From Lama guanicoe (taxonomy: Eukaryota): DNA of 64,000 bases. The notes beneath the pieces were generated by a model that did no database searches, was not told the origin of the DNA, and saw only the letters and a list, made by a program, of their open reading frames with translations. The position numbers were made by a program, and so were the translations under genes. The stretch spans positions 3,617,058 through 3,681,057 of the forward strand of contig MU053487.1 of the NCBI GenBank assembly GCA_013239625.1, in the 5' to 3' direction. Shown piece by piece: positions 25,253 through 64,000 of the stretch; position 1 is the first letter of the stretch, and each line of letters starts with the position of its first letter.

Positions 25253-26663
25253 TCTGGGGCAAAACATGTAACAAGAATATTTTTGAAATATCTTCTAATA
25301 TCATCTACTTAATAAAATTAGTTTGATGGTTGGGTATGTTTAATTCTTCTACATAACACTGTAAAAGTAGGCCAGTCCCCAAGCTTTCTGTCTACTCAGC
25401 CATCTTATAAACACTTGGGCAAGCATCCTCTCAGATGGCATTTTCATTGACTGCATGAGATTTAACTGTTGAAGAAGCTGTACAGTCAATATGTGTCCGC
25501 TCTGGTCCAGTGGAACTAGGGGGGAAGAGCCATTTGGTTGAAGTCATTGTTAAGATACCAACCAGGCATCCAGAGAATAGCTGATTTGTACTGGGTCAGC
25601 CCGTACCTTCAGATATTCTATCATTATCTTATTAACCTGTATCTGTGGGTGCTTGCAAACCCCAACAAGCATTCTGAAAGCCTCTTTGGCCTCTGATGGG
25701 CCAACTGTGACAGAGAAAGGAGAGTAAGAAAATCTGTGTCCATGACGCATGTAAGGTAAACCAGTCTCTAGGCTTTGTAATTATATAAATAGGAAATCTT
25801 ATGAAGCCATCAAATACGTATCAATGAATTGACCTGATCCTTGTCATTGTGGCAGAGAATGTCCCAAGAGGTACTAGAAAATCATGGCTGTCATTAGATC
25901 CTTTATGTCCTACATTGTCACTCGAACTTTACTCTCCTTCATCTTAACACCTGCTCCATGCCTTTGGCCTGAATACCATCCCCTGACAACTCTTGCTCCA
26001 TTCACTGCATCAATCCAGTTAATCTTTGGGGGCTTAACTCCCATTACAGAGTCAGAGCAATGTCTGTCATGTAATAGGTACTTAATAACTTTTGTAGGAT
26101 GAATTAAAGAAACTATTGGCCGTACCTTTTATCTTCCAATCATTTTCTCAAAATGTCCCTTTTCTTTTGATTTTATAATTATGGCGTCATGGTCCAAGAG
26201 AAATGTGAAAATCTTCCTCTTCAAAGTCTGTGAGATGTGAAACAGGCTCTGGAATACATTCAAAAGTTGCCTCTTGGCTACACGGCAGAAAGGTTTAGCC
26301 ACTGCAGTTTCAGAAGAGAGTGTTTTTGTCATCTAAGTTGGTACAGGGTCCCACTGAGTTCTACAACATGAAATGCAAGGGCTGCAGAGAGAATCTGTTC
26401 TATATGCCACCACCATGGGGAAAGAGGTTCACAGGGGAAACAGTTTGGCTCAGGTCAGCCAGGCAAGCAGTGGAAGAGTTAGGATTAGAACAAGTTCCCA
26501 GGACCATACTCCTTCCTGCCCACCCAGCCATAAGCACAAACTGCAAAATATCAGGAACCCTGAAAGTGAAGATGTGATTTATGACACGTCAGTATTACAT
26601 AATTTTTAAAAATGATGCTTTAACATGTAACATTGGCTTTGACATACCTTTAAAAATATTAAT

Positions 26664-26669
26664 TTTAAT
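26664..26669 (-). terminator. Candidate SCN10A polyadenylation signal ATTAAA (3' UTR about 500 nt)
   Basis: First AATAAA/ATTAAA-type hexamer I find on the minus strand after the stop, in an AT-rich patch. Confidence 0.5.
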
Positions 26670-27168
26670 GGATATCTCAAAGGACTTTCATGACATAGAC
26701 CACAGATGTTACCTTGGGCTGGAGCAATGGTGTGGCAGCTCTCAACATGCAGTCATGCAAAATCCTAAATAACACTGCCAATCTCAGTGTGGTGTTTCAC
26801 AGAGGACTAGTTGGGACCTTCAGCAACATCCTTGCCATATATCTTTGGAAGGTCTGGTCCTGAGATGTTGGTCTTGGTAAATAGGAGCTCTGGTCACAAT
26901 CAAAATCAAAAGGACTAGGGTTATTTTCTGGAAAGCAAGGTAACCCATCATCTGATACTGAAATTTAAAAGGGAAATTACAGTGGAGATGTCCTTGCCTT
27001 CTGACTCCTGTTGGTGTGTGAGGGCTTCTCCAAAGGTGGGTACCAACTGCATTCCCTGTCCAGTTCTGACAGTGTGACCAGTGGCATGCATTGGTGAGGT
27101 GGTAGGTAAGCTGTCACAGAGCAGAAGGACACATCAGAACTGGATATGCCCATGCTAAAGCGTCCTCA

Positions 27169-61668
<34,500 letters not shown>

Positions 61669-61865
61669 CTATGGACAGAAACAGGGATCCATCTCAGCTT
61701 GGTCTGTGGAGTCAGGGGACAATGACAAATAGGGTGGGGGCGGGAGAAATGTCCTGTTTATCAAACAGCAACTCCTTTTACTTTGTTTTTATTCGGTTTC
61801 CATGTTATCTGTGGGCTCCTGAAGGACCAGAGATGGGAACGCTCAATGTGGCAGCATAGAGAAAT

Positions 61866-61926
61866 CTCTGGACCAGGGCACAGGGAATACACATTACTCT
61901 GGATCAGGGCACAGGGAACACACATT
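61866..61926. repeat. 31-bp tandem duplication (2 copies)
   Basis: CTCTGGACCAGGGCACAGGGAATACACATT / CTCTGGATCAGGGCACAGGGAACACACATT. Confidence 0.85.
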
Positions 61927-62029
61927 TCCGTGCCTCAGTTTCCCTATGGATGGTGTTAGACATGGAGTAAGCAGATAACCATTAGGATAATAATTATATA
62001 ATTATATGAATGAGAAGTCAGTCTGGTTC

Positions 62030-62245
62030 AGTAGTTTAAAAGCAGAGATTGTGGGGCAACACAGACCCAGATAAAAATCCCAACTCAGCCATTTCCTAGC
62101 TTGTATAAGCTTGGACAAAGAGTGCATCCTCTCTACCTCAATTCCTTCATCTGTATAATGGGCTTAAAATGAGATAATGCATATGCACTTCTTAGCAAAG
62201 GTCCTGGCAGATAGTACTTCATTAATAAGTAATAGCTATTAGCAA
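62030..62245. mobile_element. MIR SINE
   Basis: CCTCAATTCCTTCATCTGTATAATGGG...AAATGAGATAATGCAT...TAGCTATTA. Confidence 0.65.
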
Positions 62246-63277
62246 GAACAATAATAGTACATTGTCTCAAGTTTCTTTCAGCTCTGAGTAGCCTAAATGG
62301 TCTTCAACAGGGCAGAATTCTGACACTGAGAGAGGTCAGGACCAGGCTCAGGTCACACAACAACCAGCAGGGAAGGGAGACAGGCAAGGAAGAAACCAAA
62401 GACCAGGGTCAGGCAATTTTTTCTCATTTGCTTTCATCCAAGCCTCTCACCAGCCTGGGAAACAGAGGCAGTTGCAACCCTTTTGCAGAGAAGGATATGG
62501 CTGAGAGTTTAAGTGACTTGCCTGATGCCGCAAGGCTGCAACTGTCTGAGAGCCCTTTGTGGGCAAATCAGTGTGATGTGGTGGGTGGTGGGGGTGAGGT
62601 CCTATGCCCTAGACAAACTGGGGTCACCTCTGGCTCCACCTTCACCAGCTATGCCACCTTGGGCAGGACACTTAACCTCTGAGTCTTAATGCTCCCTTCT
62701 GGGCTGTGAGGGTGGTGATAATTTCATAGGATTGCTGTGATACTGAGACGACACTTCCAAAGCACCTGACTTGTAAGCACCACACAGCGCTTGCCTTTCT
62801 TCCTTTTTTAAAAATGGCACTGTGCTCTGTCACAGCGGTCAAGCCTTTGGTCTTTCTTGACTCAACGTCTCCAACTATAAAGTGTGGGGTGGGCTCCAAG
62901 GTCCCTTCCATAAGACTCTCTGGGATCGATGATGACTTCTTGGCAATAAGCTCTCTCTTCGCTTTCCATTTCCCCTTTTCCCACACAGAACGTGATCTCT
63001 TAGCCTAGATGCTGCTGAAACATATGACATGCTGGCTCCACAGTGTCCAGAACACAGTGGCATCCTTGGATTCTGGGGGAGGCGGGGAGGTTCCTAGAGA
63101 AGAGTAGTCACACTTCCTGTGGGACCCTTCCTTCTACCTTAGCCACCTACAAGGAGTCAGAAGAGCTGGATGTCCTGATAGGCCTAGTAAGCCAGCTGTA
63201 GGGCGATGGCCACTGGTGTGGACGTGGAGGCAGGACCCTGACCTTCCTAGCTTCTGCTTTTCTTGTGTGCATGTGCG

Positions 63278-63320
63278 TACACACACATACACAACACACA
63301 CAACACAAACACTCTCTCTG

Positions 63321-63354
<34 letters not shown>
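63278..63354. repeat. (CA)n microsatellite
   Basis: Directly visible; perfect run at about 63322-63354. Confidence 0.9.
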
Positions 63355-63358
<4 letters not shown>

Positions 63359-64000
63359 CAGTAGCTCTTGTGAGGGAATTTAGCCCAGGAGTTGAAAAGG
63401 GTGAACTTCAGAGCCAGTTGGCCTGGTTTCAAATCATAATCCTGCCACTTACCTCTATGAACTTGGGCAAATTAACCTCCCATGCCTCTGTTTTTCCACC
63501 TGTGAAAGGGCATAGTAATAGTGCCTGCCATACTAGGTTTTTGTGACAATAAAATGAGATAACCTGAGAGAAGCATCTGAGACCATGTCCGGTCTTGAGT
63601 AGGTGTCACTGTTACTGTTCCTAAGGGGGCTGAGGACAGATGTTCTGCCTCCGAGTCAGATACTTTACCCAGCATGCGGTGAAATCCAGGATGGATTTTA
63701 CCTTGTTAAAAGCAAATAATACTAAAAAATAATGGAGGAAAATTTAAAGGAGCATCATATCTAAACCAGAAAAGAAAAAAGTTCTGACTCCCTGATGCCT
63801 TTATTCCAACACCAACCACGTTCTCACGTTCCCTCCTTATTATCTTCCTTTCCCTCCCCTCCCCTTTCTGCCCTTAAATGACAGCTTTGAAAAGCCAGAG
63901 CCACTGTGTTTAGCAGTCACAGAAGCAATAAAACCAGAAGGAAATCTGCAAGTTCATAGATTGCCTTAAGATGGGAAAGTGGCATTCATTTTAAGGTAGA

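Noticed and set aside
61669..64000. SCN10A exon 13
   Set aside because: No Nav-like coding sequence found; the intron continues beyond the window

Overview
Mammalian genomic DNA from the tandem SCN10A-SCN5A voltage-gated sodium channel locus, with both genes on the minus strand. A tRNA-Ala-derived SINE suggests a camelid; this is inference. Positions 61668 to 27169 carry the last 14 coding exons of SCN10A (Nav1.8; exons 14-27 in 27-coding-exon numbering). They splice into an intact 3756-nt frame (1251 aa plus stop) covering domain II to the C-terminus, and include an AT-AC intron and a tandem NAG acceptor. About 20 kb of repeat-rich intergenic DNA follows, then the SCN5A (Nav1.5) CpG-island promoter, its non-coding exon 1 (about 6253 to 6111) and the start of intron 1. 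The rest is ordinary L1/L2/MIR/MaLR/ERVL/hAT repeats. I see no new multi-gene system. The most notable items are: (1) a CpG-rich tract in the last SCN10A exon encoding Nav1.5-type residues, suggesting SCN5A-to-SCN10A gene conversion; (2) a strong-context upstream ATG in SCN5A exon 1 that may be in frame with Nav1.5; (3) an acidic residue at the Nav1.8 pore position linked to scorpion-toxin block in grasshopper mice; (4) the probable orthologue of the intronic cardiac enhancer; (5) extra in-frame Met codons relevant to SCN10A-short. All comparisons with human or rodent sequences are from memory and need alignment.
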